Made by a program: the position numbers and the translations under genes. A stretch of DNA of 63,768 nt, filler included, from Octopus bimaculoides (lineage: Eukaryota), in NCBI RefSeq assembly GCF_001194135.2. It is 7 parts of 6 records of this genome, joined end to end, with 100 filler letters (N's around TTAATTAATTAA, not from the genome) between each part and the next. Parts side by side here need not be neighbours in the genome. Positions count along the whole stretch, not along the records: positions 47,772 to 55,180 come from NC_068991.1; positions 55,281 to 58,591 come from NC_068992.1; positions 58,692 to 60,901 come from NC_068981.1; positions 61,002 to 63,768 come from NC_068987.1; 3 more parts are not named here. One strand, written 5' to 3'. Of the stretch, positions 51,850 through 63,768 are shown piece by piece (within the stretch, counting starts at the first letter, position 1; each line of letters opens with the position of its first letter). The notes under the pieces are model-generated. The model had not been told where the DNA came from. It searched no databases and was given only the letters and a program-made list of their open reading frames with translations.

Positions 51850-53453
51850 CTTATTCATTTTACCGAGCATCAAACTAATACACTTGTTTGTTGTTCAATA
51901 GAATAAGTACTAGTATCGGTAGAATAAGTACTAGGCTTACTACGAATAAGTTCTGGGGTCGATTTGCTCAACTAAAGGCGGTGCTCCAGCATGGCCGCAG
52001 CCAAATTACTGAAACAAGTATAAGAGCACACGAACTTTCTTCTCTTTTCCTTCCAGTTAGTTGCACCACAGCGTTCAGTATACACATTTTTTTCACGCCT
52101 GGCCTTATAGCCTTTCTTGTTTATTTTCACTGTTTCGTTTTCCTGTCTTGTTTTCTGTCCGCCAGTACATTCCTCCATTGTACAAATTTAATTTGTCTCC
52201 GCGAGAAGAGCCCTTCTAACAATACGTCCTGCCCTAACTCTTCGAAACGCTTAGCTTTAGAATGGTGGCAGCTGATGAAGGAAATGTTCTCTATGTGGCC
52301 TGTGTGGTTTGTTTACTCTGTTTATCATTTTGTCCACGTTTTTTTGCAACGTCCTATACCCAGATATGCATCTATATATACATGTAGATGTAGGTATGTA
52401 CATACATGTAAGTATATATGCATATAGTAGACTTACTTGCAAAAAAGGACGTGTGCGTTCAATAATGTAATAATACAAAGAATATATATACATGTATACA
52501 CACATATATGTACATACTTACATCTACATGTGTATATACATGCATATCAGGGTACAGGACGTTAGAACAATAAACTACAGACAACGGAACGAACACATAG
52601 GAAAACGGAAAGCCACTTGGAATATCCCTTCATCAGCTGTCTCTATTCTATCTAGACGTTTCGAAGACAAGACAGAACGTACTCTAGAATNNNNNNNNNN
52701 NNNNNNNNNNNNNNNNNNNNNNNNNNNNNNNNNNNNNNNNNNNNNNNNNNNNNNNNNNNNNNNNNNNNNNNNNNNNNNNNNNNNNNNNNNNNNNNNNNNN
52801 NNNNNNNNNNNNNNNNNNNNNNNNNNNNNNNNNNNNNNNNNNNNNNNNNNNNNNNNNNNNNNNNNNNNNNNNNNNNNNNNNNNNNNNNNNNNNNNNNNNN
52901 NNNNNNNNNNNNNNNNNNNNNNNNNNNNNNNNNNNNNNNNNNNNNNNNNNNNNNNNNNNNNNNNNNNNNNNNNNNNNNNNNNNNNNNNNNNNNNNNNNNN
53001 NNNNNNNNNNNNNNNNNNNNNNNNNNNNNNNNNNNNNNNNNNNNNNNNNNNNNNNNNNNNNNNNNNNNNNNNNNNNNNNNNNNNNNNNNNNNNNNNNNNN
53101 NNNNNNNNNNNNNNNNNNNNNNNNNNNNNNNNNNNNNNNNNNNNNNNNNNNNNNNNNNNNNNNNNNNNNNNNNNNNNNNNNNNNNNNNNNNNNNNNNNNN
53201 NNNNNNNNNNNNNNNNNNNNNNNNNNNNNNNNNNNNNNNNNNNNNNNNNGTTTTTTTGCAACGTCCTATACCCAGATATGCATCTATATATACATGTAGA
53301 TGTAGGTATGTACATACATGTAAGTATATATGCATATAGTAGACTTACTTGCAAAAAAGGACGTGTGCGTTCAATAATGTAATAATACAAAGAATATATA
53401 TACATGTATACACACATATATGTACATACTTACATATACTCACATATTATTTG

Positions 53454-53506
<53 letters not shown>

Positions 53507-54017
53507 CACACACACACACACACAAATATAGTCCTACGCATGTATGCAATACAAAATATGCACATGTATATATTTGTGTGCATCGACATTCATGGATATA
53601 TATGTATGCATGTATGTGTACATACATATGCATACATACACCCATAAATAAACTCATACATACACACATACATATATACATACATAATATGTATATATGT
53701 ATATACATATATATATATATATATATATGTTTGTGTGTGTGTATGTGTGTGTGTGTGCATGCATATTAAGATGTTCATAAAAAATGAAACTCTAGCTAGG
53801 TCCATCATTCTTGGTCAGTTGTCTGGCCATCAGCACTTTTACAGGTTTTATGATTTGTTATACATTTATTATATATCTCCATTTTGCTCTATACGTACAC
53901 CCTCACTGCACATCGCACGCCCCATGCATATATTTATCTATCCATCCATCCATCCATACATACATACATGCATACGTACATTCGTACGTACATACATACA
54001 TACAAACATACATGCGT

Positions 54018-54052
<35 letters not shown>

Positions 54053-54060
54053 CACACACA

Positions 54061-54145
<85 letters not shown>

Positions 54146-55146
54146 TCGCCAGTTCATTTTTCTTGCTGCTCGTTCTTATATTCCTTGACCATTTCTGGTA
54201 ATATATATCCGTTGTTTTTGTTGTATAACTTATTGTTATAATTCCATCATTAAATATCTTCTCGTCTAACGTCTACTTCCGGTAAACGCAGATCTGTTGA
54301 CGGCAAACCGGCTCTAACTTCTTCCTCATACTCCTCCTCCATTTCCTCCAGGCGCTTTCCTCTAATCTTTTTTCTTGTTTCTCCTCCCCTTCATTTTTCC
54401 TTCATCCCGTTGTCTGCTCATGCATCACCACTATGAAAAAACTATAAGCTCGATCAGCCCCCACCTCCATCGCAACCGTCACCGCCACCACCGCAGTCGC
54501 CGCGATCGCTGCAGTCACCATCACCGACATTACCCGACATCGTCCCCTTTACAGAAATCAACCCCCACACTATCAATAGCTCCCTATTACTACAAACACA
54601 ACAACACCAGAACCATCACTTGTATCAACCTGCAACAACGCAATCATAATTATCTTATCTTCATTAATAATATTGACAATGTCATCACAGACAATAAGAT
54701 TTTATATCAAATCGTTATTCTAATCACCATCGTCTCATTTTCCCCCTCCTCCTCCCTCTCCTCTTCCTACTTCAATTCTCCTCCTCCTCATCGTCTTCCT
54801 CCTTTTACTTCTCATCATCACGTCAACCAATTCTTGTTACATTTACTTAATCATCCGAACTTACCTGACTGTCTGGATCTAGTTCTGCGTTTTTTTTATT
54901 AATATATTCATTCTTCTTCGTTGAGTGACGCTGTCTAAATTACCAGTGTTAACCACCACCCACTGCCTCCATCTCTTTACGTGATTGTATCCAATCAGCT
55001 GCTTTGGGTCCAGTACACAAATATACGTGTATATTTACATACCTACACATATACATGCACATGTAGAATACTACGTATATATCGGTGACCAATACATGCA
55101 AGAATGCTTGTGACAATTTTAATCAAGTGGAAAACAAATATTTCAT

Positions 55147-55180
<34 letters not shown>

Positions 55181-56771
55181 NNNNNNNNNNNNNNNNNNNN
55201 NNNNNNNNNNNNNNNNNNNNNNNNTTAATTAATTAANNNNNNNNNNNNNNNNNNNNNNNNNNNNNNNNNNNNNNNNNNNNCATAAAAAAACATACAAACA
55301 TATATACATGCATACGTTCATGCATACATGCGTGCATGCATGCTTACATATATACATACAAAAGGACGCACACATACATACATGCAAATATACTTACATA
55401 CACATACATACACGTATACATAGTTATACGCATACATACATGCATTCAGACATGCGTACGTACATATATGCATGCAAACATACATACATACAAACAATAC
55501 TTAGACAAACACACATACATACACGCCTACATATATTCATACACACTCGCAAGCACGTATGCGTCGATATGTGCATTCAAAAATTCTCACACACACACAC
55601 ATTCATAAATACATACATACATACAACCATACATACATATATGCGTATGTATAGTCAATATCAGTGTCGATCTATGACTTTGTATTCATGTGAATCTACA
55701 CAATTTATGCGAATCTGTTTCTTGATGTATCTATAGTTATATTTCATATATACACTCCGATATGGATGACTGTTTTAATACATGTTTGCGCTTATGTGTA
55801 AGCGCTTCTGTGTTGAGTATAAAATTTCAATACGTAATATACGTCAACATAAATTTAATATAAATACAAAATATATAAACTCATACATAGTTGCAAATAT
55901 TGTAAATTACTGTAAGTAAATATATGTGTATGTGTGTGTGTCTGTGCTTGTGTGTGTGTGTTTCAGTATGTGTGTTTATATACTATACATGCATATATAC
56001 ACATATACATATAAACCCAAAATGGGATATGTATGTATCTATCTACTTTCATATATATATAAATATAAATATATATTTATATATATAAATATATGTATAC
56101 ATATATATATATATATGTGTATATATATNNNNNNNNNNNNNNNNNNNNNNNNNNNNNNNNNNNNNNNNNNNNNNNNNNNNNNNNNNNNNNNNNNNNNNNN
56201 NNNNNNNNNNNNNNNNNNNNNNNNNNNNNNNNNNNNNNNNNNNNNNNNNNNNNNNNNNNNNNNNNNNNNNNNNNNNNNNNNNNNNNNNNNNNNNNNNNNN
56301 ATATATATATATATATATACTTTCATTGTTATAAGGTTTGATATATGTTTCTACGCAGCATCGTAACGAACGATGCGCTCCACTAATCTAAGGCTTAACT
56401 CTATTTATTCCTTTTCGGTAGTAGATATTTGAAGTTAAAATCTCGATAAGAGATGTGTATACTTTAATGTATGTATATACATACATCTATATTCCACAAC
56501 ATCGTAAACATAAACATCTCTGTGATATATTATATTCATATTGCCTACATCAATCACTTTATATTCTTGTATTTGATTTAAATTACCATTATAATTTCGC
56601 TCCCCACCTCTCTCCCTCTCTCCCTCTCTCCCTCTCTCCTTCTCTCCCTCTCTCTCCCTTTCTCTTTCCTTCTCTCTCCCTTTATTTTTCCCTTTCTTTG
56701 TCTCTCTACATACCCCAACATATGTGTGTGAGAAAGAAAACGTACGATTACGTATACATACATACATACAT

Positions 56772-56829
<58 letters not shown>

Positions 56830-57812
56830 ACACCACTGGGCGCGCGTACACACACATAGGCACACACACACATATGTTATTTATATATGTATATATATAC
56901 ATATACACACATGCTTGTATGTATATACATATGTATTGATGGTTGTTTTACAGAGGTACATTTGTAAAACGGATTGAAAATATCTCTCCTGAGGGGTTTG
57001 CGAGTAAAAGGATATGAGATATGTTTTTCTTGCCTCCCTTCTGCAGTTAAAATAATCTGAGTTATAGAAAGTGAAGCAAACAACGGGCGAACATCTGCAC
57101 CACTTAACACATATGATGTGTTATGATATTAAACTAAGATGATAAAATAGTACTAGTATTTCAATACATGGCTTGCTAATACTTCTAACGAAGTAATCCA
57201 TATGCATTAAAATCATATTACACTTACAGCTAAATGTGTGCATGTGTGTTTATATGTTTATCAATAAGGGAATATATACTGATTGGCCCTTATGCATAGC
57301 CAGTTACCTGTCGTGCAGATTTTGTCGTTAAGGTGCAGAAAACACGTACATTTGTTGTCTGTAGTGTATCCTACTCCGTATCACGCATGCTCCGTATCAC
57401 GCATCCTTGCACACAAAATATGCGGGAACACATTTAATTACATCAAACGCACTGGTCTTATTTTTTGAAGCTGCTCTTTGCAATGCATTCACATAAATTG
57501 CCCCAAAGCTACTCCCGATAGTTAACAAGTTCTTCATTTACTCCGAATGTGCAAATACGTATCCCGATATTTGGATAAACTCAACATTGTGTCCCACCGT
57601 GAAAATAAGTCAAACTCTCTGACCTTGCCAAATATCGCATCATTGCATTTCTAACGTATTTGAATTAATGTAGACAACCATAAACAACGTAGTCCTACAA
57701 GTCGTAAAATACTACGATCTCTCACTATCTTTACTGACCATCCGTACTAATTCCGTCACACTTGATCCATTGGTAACCTACACTCATTTGACAGGCGCCA
57801 ATATCCTCTTAC

Positions 57813-58100
57813 CTTAGTGGAATTTGTTGGAAGCAATGTTGTCAAACTGGACGTCGTCCAAGTTTTCAATCATGTTTGCACTTGAAAATCTGCTATCAGA
57901 ACTTCATGCTGTGTACAGGAAGTTCTGAGAGAACAATTCCGTCAAACTCCAGCGTGTAACAGGATTTGGTTTCGTTCACTCATCCCCTTCAACACATCGA
58001 TGAATAACACACCACTATATCCAGCACAAACTAAGATTTCTCCTTAGCATTATCAAACTACGAATTAATCCCTCTCAACCGAAACAACAAGCATCAAACC
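57813..58100 (-). other. Candidate non-coding upstream (5' UTR) exon of the NCS gene
   Basis: Strong donor AAG|GTAAGA at 57813/57812 at the end of unique, non-repetitive sequence. The NCS start exon has an acceptor and so needs an upstream exon. The 5' boundary is a guess, and two unsized joins separate this segment from the CDS. Confidence 0.3.
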
Positions 58101-58213
58101 ATTTTTTTTTACATGAATAAAGACTTTTAAAGCATACTGCAAATGGAGTAATTTAATGGCGTCTATTTGATGAGCAAGAAAACTCGAACGCTACTCAGCT
58201 CAGTAAAATATTA

Positions 58214-58591
58214 TCACACTACACGACCCATAATCTTAAAGGAAGGCGGCGCGACAAAATTCACGATAGACTCGATTGATAGACCGACTCGTCGCACACG
58301 CGATAGCAGTTGTTCGACGTAAGCCCACAGCTCGGAAATGGTGGTACAATGTACGAGTGCGTGCAGAACGGTTTCCTCGCTCTGCCCGCATCTCGGACAG
58401 GTCGGCCCCTTGCTTCTCGAGCCATGCCTGTAGAGCTTATCCCGAACGGGTAGTGCTTCTCGATAGCACTGCCAGGCCAGGGATTTCTGGAAGTTGTCCA
58501 TAGGTCCCGGCCCGAAGATCGTCTTAAACAGGCGGGTCAGGTATTCCTCGTCAACGCCCAGGTTCGCCCCGAGATCATCGTCGTACCTTCC
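58214..58591 (-). mobile_element. Tx1/L1-like LINE C-terminal (zf-RVT) fragment
   Basis: LAWQCYREALPVRDKLYRHG...CPRCGQSEETVLHALVHC...LW; truncated by the spacer at 58592. Confidence 0.85.
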
Positions 58592-58784
58592 NNNNNNNNN
58601 NNNNNNNNNNNNNNNNNNNNNNNNNNNNNNNNNNNTTAATTAATTAANNNNNNNNNNNNNNNNNNNNNNNNNNNNNNNNNNNNNNNNNNNNTATAGTTGG
58701 AATTTACAAAAATACAAAAGACGAAGACAGGTGTATAAACAACAAACAGGTGTATTAGTTTAACTCTCGGGAAGGTGGGAAAAA

Positions 58785-58822
58785 TCTTTTACGTTTCGAA
58801 CCTTCGCTCTTCAAAAGAAAGG
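58785..58822 (-). ncRNA. Minimal hammerhead-like motif (variant core), same family as 51812
   Basis: cttt-[cttttgaa]-gagc-gaag-gttc-GAAAC-GTA-aaag, with shared downstream ccgag..aaactaatacac.tgtttgttg. Confidence 0.55.
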
Positions 58823-59359
58823 AACACGAGAAAATAAATAGAGAGAAAATAATTAAAAGCTTTAGTGGCTAGCGGTTGATCATGACAGCTGACTGGACAG
58901 AGGTGGTCAGACAGGAGAGCTGGGAAGAAGGGGAAATAACGAAGGTACGCGTGCATGTGTATGTGAAAATGTGTGTGTGCGTATGGATTGGGGCCGGTGA
59001 CCTCGACGTGTGGATGTGTGCATATGTAGGTGTGTGGAAGCAGGAGCAAGTGTGGCAGCGTGGGTGGGAGCAGGGGAACGAGCCACGCTGGGCGGTGGGG
59101 TTAGGGAAGAAACTGTGGACCAGAAGATTACGTAGGTTATGGGCTAGTTTGAAGGAGGGGAGGTGTAGATTTGGGAAGATGTGCGAAGTGAAGGGGTCGG
59201 ACTGGAGTCACAGGAAGGCTCGGAGAATGGTGCGTTGGAGAGGCAGGGTGGAGGGTTGATAGGTGAGGGGAACAGGAGACGAGTAACGGTGGGGTGAGTG
59301 CGGGGAAAGAGCAGATGCACGGAGCGTGCTCTGGCAAGGGCGGTGCAATATATGTATGT

Positions 59360-59745
59360 ATGCATGACTGAGTTCTCTTACTTGTGTGGAGTGGTGCAGA
59401 TTCCTCTTGCTAGACATAGAGTATTCCAGTAGCCACCCTCTTGACCCAGGGTAGCATAACCTTCTCCAGGCACTGAATATAGGCCACCGTGTTGAGTCTG
59501 AGGCCGTGTGGCAAAGATGAATGGCGACTTAACGTCGCCATCACTAGTGATCACTCCAAACACCATGATGTTGACTGGATGTTTGATTTTTATCACTCTC
59601 AGTACATGTTATGGGGACACGACAAGCCAACGGTTGTTCTGTGTTCACCATCTGTTCGTATTGGAGCTTCCGGCGCAAATGCCAAGCAGTACAGCATGAA
59701 TTGCGTCATGGGGCTGTTTTTCTCACAGACGGTGCCCAACTAACC
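59360..59745 (-). mobile_element. Tc1/mariner-superfamily transposase catalytic-domain fragment
   Basis: KIKHPVNIMVFGVITSDGDV..PFIF followed by frameshifted downstream catalytic-domain sequence. Confidence 0.85.
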
Positions 59746-60295
59746 CTAATATACTGAATAGTCAACAAAATAAAAAACAAAGTGCATATGCAAAATTTAA
59801 AATATACAATGGTGACAATTTACCCATCGCACCCTGTATATCCATACATATATGCATATATTCCTATACACATATATCTGTGTATTTATGCGTATACGGA
59901 TGCATTCATGCATGTATCTATGTATATGCATGTATTATATCAATATGTGCGTGCTGCATGTACTAGTGTGTTTGTAGAAGTGGTGTACGTCTCAATACCA
60001 TTACAATCCACCAGTCCTGCCTTGTTATATCTTGATGTATCAAAATATCGATTTATCTGTCTTTGTATTTACGTATATATATATATATTTAAATGTTATT
60101 CAATTTCATACCTTCGTGGTGTCATTATCTGTCATTTTCATTTTGAATTTGCAATAAATCTTCAAGTTTGACGTCAACACCAACTACTACTCCTATTACT
60201 ACTACTACGTCCACTACCACCACCACTACTACTACAGCGGCTGCTGCTGGTGTTGCTTCTGTTACTTCTCTAAATTGCATCATTTTCTTTATATA

Positions 60296-60349
<54 letters not shown>

Positions 60350-61499
60350 CATATTCATATATACGTGCGTGTGCATTTATGTATGTATATACATATGATA
60401 TGTATATATATATACATATATAAGAGTGAAAAGATCGTATAGAGTGTGCATCAGAATTATTAAGATAAAACTTATTTGGAAGAGGATGCGTCACGTTCAA
60501 TCATATAATATAAATAATATATATAAATATATGACGGACTTTCAGTTTCTATCTCCCTGATCCAATCGGAAGGCTTTGGTCGGCCCGAGACTGTATTAGA
60601 AAACATTTTTGCTCAATGTGCCACGCTGTGCGACTGAACCCCGAACCATGTGGTCGGGGAGCAAGCTTCTTAGCCACCCCATATCTTTATATACATAATT
60701 GTATAGATACATATGTGTGTATGCATATGCATATGTGTGTGTGTGTGTATGTCTGTATATATATAAATATATATGTATATATATGCATACATGTGTCTGT
60801 GTATGTATATATACATATATATATATGCATGTATATATGTGTGTGTGTGTGTATATATATATGCATATATGTGTGTATGTATATATATATATATATATAT
60901 ANNNNNNNNNNNNNNNNNNNNNNNNNNNNNNNNNNNNNNNNNNNNTTAATTAATTAANNNNNNNNNNNNNNNNNNNNNNNNNNNNNNNNNNNNNNNNNNN
61001 NCATAAATCTCTCATATAATGAGAGAGCGACCCTCACAAACACACATTCAAATTCCTTCCAGGCATGACCACCACATTTTTCTTTTCAGAAGCAGCAAGA
61101 TGGAGACTTGTGATATGAGGGTGATGTGGTTGCTATTTCTTTTCTACTCTAGGCACAATGTCCGAAATCTTGTTGAGAGGGGGCCAGTCGATAAGATTTC
61201 CCCAGTACGCGACTGGTACTTAATTTATCGACCCCGAAAGGATGAAAAGCAAAGTCAACCTCAGCGGGATTTGAACTCAGAACGTAAAGACAGACGAAAT
61301 ACCGATTTCTTTATTAGGCATATAGCCCTAAACATAGATGGGGACACCACAAGTACAGACAAGACCACAGTGGGGATAAAAAACATAAAACGAATGAAAA
61401 TGGACGCATGGGCCCCACTCCCTGCAGTACCATTTGAACCGTTATATGTATTATTTACAATTGTTCTTTGTTTTCCTTTAATTTCATACTTTTTTTGTC

Positions 61500-62720
61500 T
61501 TTAGTAGAACTTCATTAGTGGTTCGATATCTCTTAAATCCACCACTAGTGGCAACTCTTTAAATTCCACCTCCACTCCTGGCGGGTCAACGTTATCTCCA
61601 CACATCTCTTCCAATTTTCTGTAGTTTTCCTCTTCTATCAATATTGCCTTCATATCCTCTGCGTAGACGTATGAAGGCACCTTCACTCTTACTATTGAGT
61701 GTAACTTGATTAATTTTTCTCTGTTTCAACATTTTTGGGTACGTCACATAATATCATACTCCTTCTCCTCCTCGTATCTTCTTTCCTTTCTCTTGGACTT
61801 TTGGTTCTCTCTTTTCTTCCTCCATAAATACTCTCTCCATCTCACCTTCATACAGTTCGGTTTCCGACTCTTTCTCCACTGGTAACTCCACTTTCTTTTT
61901 ACTTTTTTTTTCTTTCCTACTGCCCTCCTTCACAGTTTCTTTTCTCACCTCTTCTCTCTTCTTTTTCTGCTTCTCTGGCGGAGAACTCATTCCTCCGCTC
62001 CTCCTCCTTTTCTTTTTAGCCATAGTGAATCCCTTCTCCGCTTCTTTTTCTGTTTCTTTTCCTGTTGCCTTGTCCACACTCTCCTGTCTCTCCTCTTGTT
62101 CTGTTTGTGGCTTTCTTTGGGTGTACCATGTCTTCATGTAGCCCCTTTCTCCACATGTGAAACACACTGGCGTCCCACCCTCCACAGTAACTCTCAGTCT
62201 CACATCTTCTGGCAGCACAATCTCCTCCACCACACTATTCAAGTCCTCCGTCGTTGCCTGAATCGTCAATTCGATCCCACATCCCCAGCAATCTACCTTC
62301 TGGGTCCTTGTAGCCTTCAGAATCTTCCCGTCTTTCATATTATATATTATGGCTGTTATCAGCCATTCTTCTTTCAATTCGGGTAGCACCTTACCCACTC
62401 CTACCTTGGCCACACGTTTGCCGCAGTATGAAGGCAAGAGCACCCATTCCTCTGTCCTTATTGCCTCTGTGGAGTGCTTTATTGCTTCCTCCTCTGTTGT
62501 GAAGCGCACCGCCACAGTGGCGTATCTTCTCTCTCTCGTAACATATATGCTGTGAATCCTTTTATATTCTCAACATATTCTTCTATGGCCTCTATTGGTG
62601 CTATTTCTATATTTCTCGTGGCTGCCTTCATGGTTTTAAATATAACCGTTCTTTTTTACACGTTGGCCGATTACTCTGTGACAATCCCTTCAACAGCTGC
62701 TTTAAGGATTTTTACAAAAT
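61500..62720 (-). mobile_element. Gag-like ORF1 of a Tx1/L1-like LINE
   Basis: 253-aa ORF 61754..62515 extends upstream without ATG. It has a degenerate knuckle CFTCGERGYMKTW and a charged K/E tail, and 61501..61686 is a probable frameshifted continuation. Confidence 0.7.
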
Positions 62721-63129
62721 AGGAATGTTCGTGATTTTGGTTTCCCATTTCTTACTATAATTGCTGATGCACGAATAAGAGAATGCAAGCCCCTATATTA
62801 CTGCTCACCCCTTAACCTACATTTTACAATCACCTCTCGTGACATTACCTTTTCGTATTGTTTTTCTTTTTCCAGCGTTTTTGTTGTTGCGCTTCATATG
62901 GCTTACTTCTTAAAAGGAACGATTGTGACATCTTGCACTCTAGACCAGAAAGTTCTGAGGATCCACAAGTCATATAAACTTCATTGTTAAAATGAGCGCT
63001 CAAGCTATAACTGCTGTCAATAATTACTCTTACTAGGTGTCAAGGGTGGTTTTCCTGAAGAAAGAGACGATGGCTTTTTGAATGCTTTCGTTTTCAAAAT
63101 TTTGAAAAACTTTTCTCATGCGAGTTCAA

Positions 63130-63430
63130 AATGTTCCCTCATTTAACGGTATGTTTTTATCCGCTCTTTTCTTAGAGCGGACACAATAAACTGGAGATTT
63201 GTTTGGTCTTCTCCATTGATAACTTTTTGAAGTTTGATATCATCTACGAATAGTTTTACTTTGCTGTGCTTGATGATGCTCGAGATGTGAAGATAAGTGA
63301 TCCCAAAAGAGTCCCCTGGGAGACACCAATGGTGATTTTTGCTAGGTTTCAGAGGACCCTACCAATCGTAACACGTGTTCTATTCACCGGGAAATAATCC
63401 AGTGCAGCAGTTTAGTCCAAATTTCAAACC
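63130..63430 (-). mobile_element. CR1/L2-like LINE reverse-transcriptase fragment
   Basis: VSQGTLLGSLIF and SKVKLFVDDIKLQKVI motifs (RT domains 4-5). Confidence 0.8.
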
Positions 63431-63732
63431 TGGACTATTTTAACACACACACACACTATATATAAGGGTGCTTTTTTTGAAAGACACCACCTTTGCTGGA
63501 CATAGGAGTTAAAACCCCCCAAAACCACAAAGATTAACACAGGTATGGTTATAAAAAAAATTCAAGTGAATTAAGGAATAGTCTCTTACTTCTAACAAAG
63601 TGCATGAGGGAATGTCAGTTAACATGATATAATGATTTCGAACTTAGCACCAAGAGACTCGCTCGATTTTCTTCAGTCAAATTCACCGTAAGAAAAACAA
63701 TTATCACTTCAGCCAATGCCTGACTATGTTTC

Positions 63733-63768
<36 letters not shown>

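Overview
AT-rich, microsatellite-saturated animal genomic DNA from a gapped draft scaffold. The repeat landscape suggests an octopus (inference; no search was run). I can build one intact protein-coding gene by hand: a minus-strand, three-coding-exon neuronal calcium sensor of the NCS-2 type (CDS 38833-38723, 37698-37426, 34760-34575; 189 aa; myristoylation motif plus four EF-hands). The rest is decayed mobile DNA: RTE, R4/Dong, HERO-like, Tx1-like and CR1-like non-LTR retrotransposons, two Penelope-like (PLE) remnants, Tc1/mariner fragments, MITEs and several SINE families. The most notable unannotated signal is five type I hammerhead-ribozyme-like motifs in at least three sequence families. 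They sit in short non-coding elements at microsatellites, in the same window as the PLE remnants, which suggests an octopus PLE/retrozyme system. All five copies show some decay, so activity is unproven. Six 44N-TTAATTAATTAA-44N spacers and several gap-flanking duplications are assembly artefacts and limit long-range inferences. Almost all long ORFs in the supplied track are microsatellite or N-run artefacts.
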